A stretch of DNA of 64,000 bases. Origin: Mobula hypostoma (taxonomy: Eukaryota). The stretch spans positions 20,400,001-20,464,000 of the forward strand of contig NC_086109.1 of assembly GCF_963921235.1 (NCBI RefSeq), in the 5' to 3' direction. Below are positions 37,995-50,300 of this stretch, in pieces. Every line of letters begins with the position of its first letter. Position 1 is the first letter of the stretch. Under the pieces are notes generated by a model. It did no database searches and was not told the DNA's origin. It saw only the letters and a program-made list of their open reading frames with translations. The position numbers were made by a program, and so were the translations under genes.

Positions 37995-39825
37995 GGTGCT
38001 TTATAAAGGCACAAGAGAGAAGTTGGCCAGAATTGATTGGAAAAGAACACTGGCAGGGATGATGGCAGAGCAGCAATGGCTGAACTTTCTGGAAGCTATT
38101 CGGAAGGTACAGGATATATACAGCCCATGAGGAAGAAGTATTCTAAAGGAAAGAAAGATGACACAACCATTGCTAACAAAAGAAGTCAAAGCCAACATAA
38201 AACCCAAAGAGAGGGTATATAATAGAGCAAAAATTAGTGCTAAGTTAGAGGTTTGGGAAGCTTTAAAAACCAACAAAAGGCAACTAAAAAAGTCATTAAG
38301 AAGGTAAAAATCAATATGAAAGTAAGCTAGCCAATAATATTAAGGGGAATACCAAAAGTATCTTCAGATACATAAAGTGTAAAAGTGAGGCAAGAGTGGA
38401 TATTGGGCCACTGGAAAATGATGCTGGAGGGGTAGTAATGGGGGACAAGGAAATGGCAGACAAACGGAATAAGTATTTTGCATCAATCTTCACTGTGGAA
38501 GATACCTGCAGTATGGTGGAAGTTCCAGGTGTGAAAGAGCATGAAGTGTGTGAAGTTACCATAACTAGAGAGAAGGTTCTTGGCAAACTGAAAGGTCTGA
38601 AGGTAGATAAGTCACCTGAACCAGACGGTGTACACACCAGAGTTCTGAAAGAGGTGGCTGAAGAGATTGTGGAGGTATTAGTAATGATCCTTCAAGAATC
38701 ACTAGATTCTGGAATGGTTCCGAGAAACTGGAAAATTGCAAATGTCACTCCAATCTTCAGGAAGGAAGAGAGGCAGAAGAAAGGAAACTATAGGCTACTG
38801 AGTCTGACCTCAGAGGGTGGGAATATGTTGGAGTCAATTACTAAGGATGAGGTCTCAGGGTACTTGGAGGGTCATGATAAAATAGGCTGTAGTCAGCATG
38901 GTTTCCTTAAGGGAAAATCTTACCTGACAAATCTGTTGGAATTCGTTGAAAAAATAACAAGCAGGATAGACAAAGGAGAATTCATTAATGTTGTATACTT
39001 GGATTTTCAGAAGGCCTTTGACAAGGTGCTTAACAAACTATGTGCCATGGTATTACAGGAAATATTCTAACCCGGATAAATCAGTGTCTGATTGGCAGGA
39101 GGCAAAGAGAGGGAATAGAGGGAGGCTTTTCTGACTGACTGGCCAGTGATTAGTGGTGTCCCACAGGAGTCTGTGTTGGAACTGATTCTTTTTACGTTAT
39201 TGTCAATGATTTGAGTGATGGAATTGATGACTTTACAGACATCATGAAGTTAGGTGGAGGGCAGGTAGTTTTGAGGAAGTAGAGAGGCTGCAAGAGGACT
39301 TTGATTAGGAGAATTTGCAAAGAAATGGCAGATGGAATACAATGTTGGGAAGTGTATGGTCATGCACTTTGGTAGAAGAAATGAAAGGGTTGACTATTTT
39401 CTAAATGGAGAGAAAATAAAAAAAAACTGAGATGCAAAGGGAATTGGGAGTCCTTGTGCAAGATTTCCTAAAGGATAATTTGCAGGTTGAGTCTGTGGTG
39501 AGGAAGACAACTGCAATGTTAGTATTCATTTCAAGAGGACTAGAATATAAAAGCAATGATGTAATGTTGAGACTTTATAAAGCACTGGTGAGGCCTCTCT
39601 TAGGGTATTGTGAGCAGATTTGGGCCCCTATCTTAGAAAGGATGTGTTGAAACTGGAGAGGGTTCAAAGGAGGTTCACAAAAATTATTCCAGGATTGAAC
39701 GGTGTGTCATATGAAGAGCATTTGATGGCTCTGGGCCTGTATTCACTCGAATTCAGAAGAATGAGGGGTGACCTATCGAATAGTGAAAGGCCTTGATAGA
39801 GAGGGTGTGGAGAGGATGTTTCTTG
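37995..39825 (+). mobile_element. CR1 LINE ORF2 fragment (RT), degraded
   Basis: WKIANVTPIFRK...GNYRLLSLTS...QHGFLKGKSYLTNLLEF...YLDFQKAFDKV, with multiple frameshifts. Confidence 0.95.
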
Positions 39826-40590
39826 AGCCTGAGCAGCATCTATGGGATGGAAAGAATTGTTGACATTTTAGAACAAATTACGGAATTATCAGTCCAGATG
39901 CAGAGTTTTGTCCCGAAACGTTGACAATTCCTTTCCACCCACAGATGCTGCTCAACCCGCTGAGTTTTTCCTACCGATTGTTTGTTGCTCAGTTTCCAGC
40001 ATCTGCTGCCTCTCATGGCCCAGTGAAACATTGAAGTGACAGGAAACAACCAAAAAATTGTTGTTGTCATGACTCAAATCTGGAAAGTATCACTTTTCAA
40101 ACGCGTTAGACTGATAAAACAGCGCTCTATGATGGAATTTCAAAGCAGGTGTCTGCCACCCTCTTCGGGTGGGAAGGATCCCATGTCACTGTTTCGAAGG
40201 AGACCAGAGGAATTCCCCTGTATCCTGAGTGATAGTTATCCCTCAGCCAATGTCACTAAACAAAAACAGACCAGCTGATTGTGGTTACTTTTGGGAGCCC
40301 AGAGTCCCAAATTGAGTGTCATGTTTATTATAATATATAAACGTTTGTACTTTAAAGTACTTCATTACTCTGTAAAACACTATGTGACATCCTGAGGTCA
40401 TCTGATATAAAATGTAAGTCTTTTAACTGTATGGAATTTTAAAAAATCAATACCACATTGTGAGTTAGCAACTTTAACAAGTAATGTTTGTAATCATATA
40501 GTAGAGAAAAATCAAAGGGTCATATGACCCAGGTTTAGCAGTTTACTAGTTGGTATTTGATTACTATAAGCCTTTGTACATCTCCTGAAC

Positions 40591-40650
<60 letters not shown>

Positions 40651-40801
40651 TATGTGTGTGTGTGTGCAAGTATGTATACCTGTGGCCGTTGTATGTATGC
40701 ATGTCATGTATGCATGTATGTGCATGTGGACATGTGTGCATGAGCTTGTGAGTGTATGCATGCGCACATGTGTGTATGCATATTTATGCGTGCGCGCGTG
40801 C

Positions 40802-40842
<41 letters not shown>

Positions 40843-40900
40843 TATGCATCTGTGTAGGTGTATGCGTATGTGTGTGTGTGTCTGTGTGCGTGTATACATC

Positions 40901-40938
<38 letters not shown>

Positions 40939-41023
40939 TGTGCATCTGTGTGTGTGTATACATGAGTGTGTGTGATTGTATGAGTTTGTGTGTGTGTGCA
41001 TGAGAGTGTGTGTGTGTGTGTGA

Positions 41024-41064
<41 letters not shown>

Positions 41065-41073
41065 TGAGTGAGT

Positions 41074-41120
<47 letters not shown>

Positions 41121-41172
41121 TGAGTGAGTGTGTGAGTGTGTGTGTGTGTGAGACAGAGAGAGAGAGTGTGTG
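40591..41172. repeat. Long degenerate (TG)n/(CA)n microsatellite
   Basis: About 580 bp of alternating TG with TA/CG/AG interruptions. Source of the HT/CV-repeat ORFs in the track. Confidence 0.98.
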
Positions 41173-41670
41173 ATTCTGCTCCAGCAGGTGGGGATGTGGT
41201 GCCTTTTGGAAGCTGCAGTTCAGTCCTGGTGTCAGTAAGTGGATAACCAGTCGACAACCGAGAGTGCCAGGTCTCCTCTGTCTCACAGCACTGTTATTGG
41301 CTTGATCCAATAGGAGAGCAACAGAGACGGTTACAGATTGCAAGTACTCCACAGCAGACCTGATCGAGGTGTTCCCAGTCCCCAGACAGCAAGAACGCAA
41401 AGAGAGAAGAGAGAGAGTGGCAGAGAGAAAAGGAGAGAGCTTTCAGTTAAAAGCAACGTTCACCCGTCTCAGCTTTGACTTTACAAAGGGAATTTACAGA
41501 TTAATTTGAGATGACACTGTTCAGGATGAAAATGCAGCCAAATCGGAAGATGGATTTAAGATGCTAGACAAAAACATGACCGTTGACAACTAGAAGACGC
41601 CGGGAAGTATTGTCTGTGCACAAACCTTGTCAATTTTCTGCAAGATTGCCTTTCAATTTTTTAAAACACA
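41170..41670 (+). promoter_or_regulatory. Putative wnt2b proximal promoter / 5' UTR
   Basis: Non-repetitive sequence just upstream of exon 1. Opposed CCAAT boxes (ATTGG 41296-41300, CCAAT 41307-41311) and a GA-rich tract at ~41400-41440. The TSS cannot be determined from sequence. Confidence 0.45.
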
Positions 41671-41858
41671 ATGTCCGGGCTAGGCAGAGCTGAAGAGTCT
41701 GGACTGTACTGTAAAGCATCCCATATCTCAGGCACGGAAGGTGTAAAACAGATTAACAGGACAACCAGCAGCAGTGGGACTAAAACCTGCTCCAGACTTT
41801 ATCTTGCCTTTATATTAATACTACTCACATTGACACCACGAGTGGACTCTTCCTGGTG
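41671..41858 (+). CDS. wnt2b: Wnt-2b coding exon 1 (long N-terminus plus signal peptide)
   Basis: ATG at 41671. Translation ends RLYLAFILILLTLTPRVDSSW(W), matching the WNT2B signal-peptide end (human ...LLLTLPARVDTSWW). Donor TG|GTAAGT at 41859, phase 2. Confidence 0.93.
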
Positions 41859-43912
41859 GTAAGTCTATTTCATTCAAATTCATCAACAGAGTCCTCTTTC
41901 GCTTTTTTTTAAGTTGACAGGTTTACAGGTAGACATTCCTATTATTGTAAAATGATCTCTTGTATTATCAAAACTACTTCGAAGCACGAGTAAAGATCTG
42001 AATGGCTAATCCCAGACAGAGAAGTTTTACCTATAAAGACTAAATGGCTTAAGATTTGTCTTGACTGTGACCTGACAGAGTTCTTTAAAATTTATGAAAG
42101 GTCTCCACAGAGCAGACACAGAGATGTTTGCGTTTGTGGAGAAGAACACTGCAAGAAATTGTGATTACAATAAGCTTCTCACTGATGAAAACAATGCAGA
42201 ATTCTGAAATAACATCCTTACCAAATATATGGTCAAAAACTTAAAACTTGCCGGTAGGGAGTTGTGGTGCATTACCTTTGTGGGGAACTCAGATGTGTAA
42301 GGAGAAAGGAACTGATGATCTAGAATTGTTGAAGTGCAGAAGGTTCTTTCATATAAAGTTTAAATAGACTAGTTGATTTTCTTCCCCTCTGATCCATGAA
42401 CTCATAAAAACTACCTCACTGTCTCTTTTGTTCTCGTTATTTATTTATTGTTTGTTTGTTTATCTATTTATCTGTTTATATATTTATTATCTATTCATCA
42501 ATCCACTTACTTATCCAATGAATTAATTAACTTTATTGTCATTTGTTATGCCTACACTGCACTGCTGCCACAAAAAGCAAATTTCACAAAGTAAGTCAGT
42601 GACAATAATTTTGATCCGGATTCAGATTGAACCAATTGGCCTGACCTCATGCAGTTAACTCCGGTGATTCTCTATAATGTTTCCAACTCATTGTTCGAAA
42701 ATATTTTGATCCTCTGTCCACTGTGCCTGTGACATCTCAGGACAAAACCATAAATAGCCAATCTTTGACTGGGGCCACGGTGCCTGATTCTCCTCATCCT
42801 CCTGACCTTTTTTTTCATGGTTTAGTCAGTAGCACGCTTGCCTCTGAAGCAGGTCATGGGTTCAAGTGGCACTACTGAGACTCGACTGCATCAGCTGTGT
42901 TGATATGCCCAGTGCCAATCTGAGGGAGAGCTCTTGTGTTAGAGGTGCTGTCGATCTAACGAGTTGTAAAATGGAAATCCATTTGCCCTCTACATAAAAG
43001 AGCTCTGTTTTGAAGAAGTACAGGTAATTTCCCATACATTCTTGCCCAGTATTTCCTATAGGTTCCTTCCCAATATCCTCACCTGGCATTCTTTAAATTT
43101 GATTGGATGATTATTTTCATATTGCTGTTTGTGGCAGCACGTCTGTACTGTTGGGCTTTTGGAGAGAGCTATGGTAATAAGTTTATAACCCACACAAAAT
43201 TCTCGAGGAACTCGGCAGATCAGGCAGCCTCTATGGAGACAAAAATAAAATACAGGCAACGTTTTGGCCTGAAACATCGATTCTTTCTTCCTCTCCATAG
43301 ATGCTGCCCAGCCTGCTGATTTCCTCCAACACTTTGTGCGTGTTGCTCTGGATTTCCAGCATTTGCAGAACCTCTTGTGTTTAAGTCTATAAACCCACAA
43401 TTTGTGGCCCACAGTGATTCCCTCACAGCCCAGCACTCACTTGCTTAAATGAGAGTGTACACTGTTCACCCAGTAAGTGATCTTCCAATCCACACTTGCG
43501 CCACGAGAAGGATCATTCATTTCCAACACTTTCTTCTTCACTTCGAATTTGATTGTTTTAGCATTCTTCTTGGTTGTACCCTCCTCTCCCCTCAATTGTT
43601 CCAATAGCACCAAATGGTAGAGATTCCTCCTCTTCTCTGACTCACAGAGGATCCCTCAGTAACAATCTCTTGTTCCTTATTCCTGATGACATTCACCTCT
43701 ACTAACTCTCAGCATGCAAAAGTCCATCCACAAATACACTCAATGGCCACTTTATTAAGTAACTCCTGTACTTAACAAAGAGGCCACTGAGTGTACGTTC
43801 ATGATCTTCTGCACATCCACTTCAAGGTTGAACGTGCCGTGCACTCAGAGATGCTCTTCTGCACATCACTGTTGTAACAAGTGGTTATTTCAGTTACTGT
43901 CGCCTTCCTGAA

Positions 43913-45700
43913 GATAGATATGTCATTGTCACCTGGACCAGACGGACTACACCCCAGCTCGGGGTTCTGAAATAGGTAGCTGAAGAGATTGTGGAGGCAT
44001 TAATAAAGATCCTTCAAGAATCATTAGATTCAGGAATAGTTCCAGAGGAATGGAAAATTGTAAATATCACTCCACTCTTTAAGAAGGGAGGGAGGCAGGA
44101 GAAAGGAAATTATAGGCCAGTTAGTCTGACCTCCATGGTTGGGAAGATGTTGTGGTCCATTATTAAGGGTAAGGTTTTGGGGTACTTGGAGGCAAATGAT
44201 AAGTTAGGCCAAAATCAGCATGGCTTCTTTCAGAGGAAATTTTACCTGACGAATCTGTTGGAATTCCTTAAGGAAATAATAAGCAGGATAGACAAGGTGC
44301 CACATATGAAGCAACTTAACAAGATAAGAGTCTATAGTGTTACAGGAAAGAAATTAGCATGGATAGAAGATAGGCTGACTGACAGGAGGCAGAAAGTGAG
44401 AATAAAGGGAGTTTTTTCTGGTTGGCTAGTGGTGTTGGGACCGCTTCTTTTTACGTTTTATGCCAATGATTTGGATGATGGACTTGACGACTTTGAGACC
44501 AATTTTGCTGATGATACAAAGATAGGTGGAGGAGTGGGAGTGTTGGGGACTCAGGGAGTCTGCAGAAGGACTTAGACAGATTGGAAGAATGGGCAAAGAA
44601 GTGGCAAATGGAATAAAGTGTAGGGAAGTGTATAGAAATGCACCTAGTTAGAAGGAATAAAGTCATAGACTATTTTCTAAATGGGGAGAATTTTTTTTTT
44701 AAATCAGAGATGCAAACAGACATGAGAGTCCTTGGCCCGGAATCCCTAATGGCTAACTTCCACTCAGGCACCTCTATGTCTCCAACCAGCTAGCAAAAAT
44801 CCACCTGCCACTCATTTCCAAGTCATTACCTGCAGCCTATTTAAACCCATCTCGCATCCATAATCCTTGTTCACTCATTCGAACCTGCCAGCTTCAACCA
44901 GTTGCTCTCAGACTTCATTTACCTTGTTGCACTAAGTATTCTGGGGCCCCTTGTGGCTTCTTATGTTTCAGTTTATTAAAGCCGTTATCACTCACCACTA
45001 AATCATCTCCGCTGCATTGTTTTGGTCAGGCCCTTGCAGGACGAAGTCTGTGGTAAAGAAGGCAAATGCAATGTTAGCATTCATTTTGATAGGGCTAGAA
45101 CAGAAAAGTAAGGATGTAATGCTGAGACTTTATAAGGCATTGGTCAGACTACACTTGAATTTTTGTGAGCAATTTTGGGCTCTTATTTAAGAAAAGATGT
45201 TTTGGCATTTGAGTGTCCAGAGGAGGTTTACCAGAATGATCTGGGGAATGAAAGGGTTAATGGTTGAGGAGTGTTTGATGGCTCTAGGCCTGTGCTTGGA
45301 GTTTAGAAGAATGAGGGGAAACTTACTGAAACCTTTCCAATATTGAAAGTTCTGGGTGGTGGATGTAGAAAGGACGCTTCCTACAGTGGGGGAGTCTGGG
45401 ACTAAAGGGCACAGCTTCAGAATAGTGATGTCCATTTAGAACAGATGAGGATGTATTTATTTAGCTACAGGGTAGTGAATTTGTGGAATTCATTGCCACA
45501 AATGGCTGTGGAGGCCAAGTCACTGGGTGTAATTGAAGCAGAGGTTGGTAAGGTCTTGATTAGTCAGGGAATCAAATGTTATGGGGATAAGGCAGGAGAA
45601 CAGGGTGGAGAGGATAATAAATAAGCTATAATGGAATGGAGGAGAAGACTCAATGGGCTGAATAACTTAGTTCTTCTCCTATGTCTTACGGTTTTAACAT
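43913..45700 (+). mobile_element. CR1 LINE ORF2 fragment in wnt2b intron 1, with an LTR-like insert at ~44760-45035
   Basis: NYRPVSLTSMVGK...FADDTK. The insert has tatttaaa and attaaa signals and interrupts CR1 sequence. Confidence 0.9.
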
Positions 45701-46806
45701 ACTTCATCCACCTACTATTGCACTTCACCTTAAGTTTCTTAAAGTGCACATAATCACCAAAGCTATCAATCTCATTTGACTTTCTCTGCTTTACTTTATG
45801 CAATATTGCCTTATTTTATTCTCCAAACAGAAACATTATTTTCAAATGCTACTATGGTCAAGACTCTGATAGTTAAAGCAACAGGAAAATTCCTTTAATT
45901 AAAGAGTATATTCAAACCTTCAAGAGTTCCAGCTTGTAGGCTAGTTTAGGATTATCAATGACACAGCCCTTAAGTGCCCTTGATGTCCTTCTGTTTGTGT
46001 ATAATGCAGTATCCATATAACCTACACCCATGACAGGTGATTAAATTTCAGGTCATTTCAGAGATAACCCAGGCTCTGATATTGTTGATAGTTTCTGACC
46101 ATCAAATGCTTGGAGACCCCTTGAGCAAAATCACCTTGAGCTGTATTGTCAGTCCTCCCTTCTCAAACCGTTAAGAAATTTCAACACTTTTCATTTATGC
46201 TCAAGCTGCTTTAATAGAGATGACAATTCTGGAAGTTTAATTTTATCTTCACTTTATCTGGTTAAGTTTGCGTGTATGATAAACCATGAAAACAGTATAT
46301 AATACATACTCCAACATAATGTATAATAACACTTACTATAAACATTTATTACACCGCACCTGAAACATGTAAAGCCCCACTTGTGTTTCCCAGTCTGAGC
46401 TTGTATATTTAAGTGTGTATTTTTATGCACATATTTAAACGCACAAAAGCACAGATTCTGCACGTGCGTTCACGTCTACAAGGCTAAGTCCGTGTATGAA
46501 AACGTCCATTGTTGGGGAATCATTGAAAGTCTGTATGTTGGGTTTATTAAAAACATTTAAGATGTATTATATGTTTATAAGTATTTTTAGGAAGGGGAGT
46601 TAATCCTGTACCTGGTGGTCTTAACATCTGCCTTTCCGTAATAAGAGAGTTTGTTATGTTGAGAGCATATTACGCATTCCATATTTAGGCTTACTTTACA
46701 TGCTGTCCTTGGTACAGTTGCTGTTTAGAATTTGTATGCATCAGTTGTACTGGGTATCAATTTAGAATATTATATGTTGTACTTAAGGGCTAGGGTTTAC
46801 AAGCTA

Positions 46807-47374
46807 CACTCAGCTGCCACTTTATTAGGTACCTTCTTTACCTAATAAAGTGGCCACTGGGTGTATGTTCATGGTTTTCTGCTGCTGTAGCCCATCCACT
46901 TCAAGGTTCAATGTGTTGTGCATTCAGAGATGCTCTTCTGCACACCATTGTTGTAACGTGTGGTTATTTGAGTTACTGCCACCTTTCTGTCATTTTGAGC
47001 CAGTCTGGCCATTCTCTTCTGCCCTCTCTCATTAGCAAGACATTTTCACCCAGAGAACTGCAGCTCACCGGATTTTTTAATGGGTTTTTTTTTGCACCAT
47101 TCTCTGTAAACTCTAGAGACTGTTGTGCATGAAAATCTTTGAAGATCAATGGTTTTTGAGATACTCAAACCACCCCATCTGGCACCAACAATCATTCCAC
47201 AGTCAAAGTCGCTTAGATCAGATTTTTTCCCCATTCTCCTGTTTGGTCTGAACAACAAATGAACATCTTGACCATGTCTGCATGCTTTTATACATTGCGT
47301 TGCTGCTGCATGATTAGATATTTGCATTAACAAGGAGGTGTACAGGTGTACCTAATCAAGTGGTAACAGGATGC
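46807..47374 (-). mobile_element. Tc1/mariner-derived non-autonomous element (same family; partial copy 43737-43910)
   Basis: TA then TIR. Minus-strand MGKKSDLSDFDCGMIVGARWGGLSISKTIDLQRFSCTTVSRVYREW. Confidence 0.85.
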
Positions 47375-50300
47375 ATTTTGACTGATGTTAGAAAGAAGGA
47401 AAATGGGACAACCGCATTTGGAGAGTTTAGATAAAGCCAGCTATTGGTGAACAGCAGTTTTGGGGACTGGAAATGCTTTAGCACAGCACAATGCTTTTAT
47501 CAATGCAGTGAGCTTCAGAGGAAGAGAAAAGCTTGTTGACGTGACTAGTGGTCCAGAATATGGGTGAATTTCAAGGCAAGCATTTCTTCATTCGGAGTGT
47601 TCTCGCTCTTTGGAATACACTGCTCACAATGTCTGGAGATAATCAGTTGTTTCAAGCGTATTCAGAGCCGAGACTGATAGATTCTCATTAAGACGGGAAA
47701 CAGGCAGAAGATAGTTGTGAGGTAAAAGACTGACCAACATCTTAAGATTAGGATAAAGTTAGTTTTATTTATCACTTGTACTTTCGAACATACAGTAAAA
47801 CGTGTTTTTTTTTTGCCAAATCTTTACATATATTTAAGGCAGAGCTTTATAGATTCTTGACTGGCCAGGGCATGAAGGGATGCGGGGAGAAGGCAGGATA
47901 TGGGGGCTGAAAGGAAAAATGGATCAGCCATGATAAAATAGTGGAGCAGACTCAATGGCCAAATGGCTTAATTCTGCTCCAATATCTTTTGGTCTCTGGG
48001 TCTGCGTCAGATCAAATCAGCTAGGATTGTGCTGGGCAGTCCTGAAGTGTCGCCATGATTCCAACGCCAACATTGCATGCCCACAACGTACTCATCTTAA
48101 CTTGTACATCTTCGGAACGTGGGAGGAAACCTGGAACACCTGGAGAAAGCCCACGCGGTCACAGGGAGAACGTACAAACTCCTTACCGACAGCGGCAGGA
48201 ATTGAACTCCAGTCCTACAGCTAGCAGAGTAATAGCATTACACTATCTGCTGCACTGCCCGGCCACCCTTACCAAACGTTGGAGAAAGGTTTGAGTTCAT
48301 TCTCATTCCTTCATCTTATCTTTAATATGGGACATTATGACAGCCTGAGCATTGGAGCTGTTTATTATCCTTCCTGGAAATTTAATATCTTTCCTGAATT
48401 TGAAGTTTATGAGCTTCGATTTTCAAAAATTCATTATATTAGATCTGGCATTTTTATTGCTAGCATTGTTGATAGTGGGGAGGTTATTCTTCAACTACAG
48501 AGCCACATTGAATCATTTAGTACAATAGTCAGAGAAATAGCAGATGAAATGTAATCCTAAAAATATGAGGTGATACGTTTTGGGAGGAGTAATAAGGATA
48601 GGAATGATAGGGACCTAGAACCCAATGAAGGATAGGGATAGGGACTTGTCAATGGTTATTGAAGGCTGCGCAGGTAAATAACAGCTCATCATTGTGGACA
48701 CGACTCACTCAACAGAACTGCCTTGTCCAAAAGCTCCCTTCTGGAAAACACTATAGTCTATTAAAATAAAAACTTCATGCAATCTTAAACGTTTCTTCCC
48801 TCAGCCAGTTAATCTGATCAACCATTCCAGCTGCCCCTCCCCCACTCCCCGCTATTACCTCAGTCACGGCACTGCATTGTAATCATTTAAAACCAGTTTT
48901 ATAAAGCTGTTTACATTTTAAGTACATGATGGTATTTATGTACTAATGCCCATTTTATTCCATTTCCATATGTTAATGTCTAATTTATTTTATATAATTC
49001 TCAATTCTTTATGATTGGTGAATGTTGTTGGTTACTTTTGTTCCATGTCATGTCCAGACACCATAACAAATTCCTGACACATAGATCAGTACAGCACAGA
49101 AACAGGCCCTTCGGCCAGCAATATTGTGCTGAACTAAACTAATCTTTTCTGCCTACACAATGTCCATATCCTTCTAATTCCCTCATATTTATGTGCCTAT
49201 CTGCACGTCTCTTAAAATTCCCTAATGAATCTGCCTCTACCAGCATCCCAGACACCTGCCACTCTGTGTAAAAACTTGCTCCTCACATCTCCTTGGAAAT
49301 TACCCCCTCTCACCTTACGTGCATGCTCTCTGGTATTAGACATTTCAATTATGGGAAAAAGATACTATCTGTCTGCTCTATCTATGCCTCTCTCAACCTA
49401 ATAAGCCTCTGTCAGATCTCCCCTCAGCCTCCTCCACTCCAGAGGAAACAACCCAAGTTGGTCCATCCTCTCATCATAGCACTTGCTCACTAATCCAGGC
49501 AACATCCTGGAAAACATCTTCTGTATTCCCTCCAAAGTTCGACATCCTTACTACAACGGGACAACTAGAAATGCATGCAATTAAATGCATATGGGGAATA
49601 AAGTTAATTTTTTATCCTAAGGTAGTTAAAGAGGCATCAGGAATGTTTGCCTTCATTAAGTAGGGCAGGGAGATTATGATACAGCTACATAAATTATTAG
49701 TTGGGCTTTAGCTGAAGTACAGTGTGCACTCCCGGTCCCCTCCTGTTGGAGGGGAGTGAATCTATTGGAGGGATGAAAAGGAGATTCTCCAGTGTATTGC
49801 TTGGAATGGAGAGTCTCATTTATGAGGAAAGACAGGATCGGCTGGGTAGATCCTTGGAGCAGAGAAGCCTTGGGGCATTTGTTGTTTCCAAAATTACGAG
49901 AGACATGGATAGGATGAGATAGTGAGAAACATTTGCTTTGGCTGAGGTGCCAAGGACGGAGCTCATGGGTTTAGAGTAAGCGGTGAGAATGTTCGAGAGG
50001 ATCTGAGGGAGAACTTATTTTTAACCCAGAGGACAGTTGGAATCTGAAGCAGCAGAGATGGTTACGTGGTGGCTGGTGCAGTTGTGGGGATCAAAGTGCT
50101 AGTTCTGATGCTGGTGGAGGAACTAGGCTAACATAGACTTCTTCCGCCTTGCTCTCCATCCACCGAAAGAGAACAAACAGATTCAGAAAACTGATCTTTC
50201 CTGAAGGTATCTGAATGGTGAACCTGAGCAAGGAGTTGGAAAGGGTGGTCCCAGTGTCTAATCCCAACATTGGCTTTAACCAGATGCAGCATATTAGGTA

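Noticed and set aside
38396..39070. Functional reverse transcriptase gene
   Set aside because: CR1 fragment with frameshifts, deletions and a damaged FADD motif.
40564..41400. 278-aa His/Thr-rich ORF and overlapping Cys/Val-rich ORFs
   Set aside because: Read-through of the (TG)n microsatellite.
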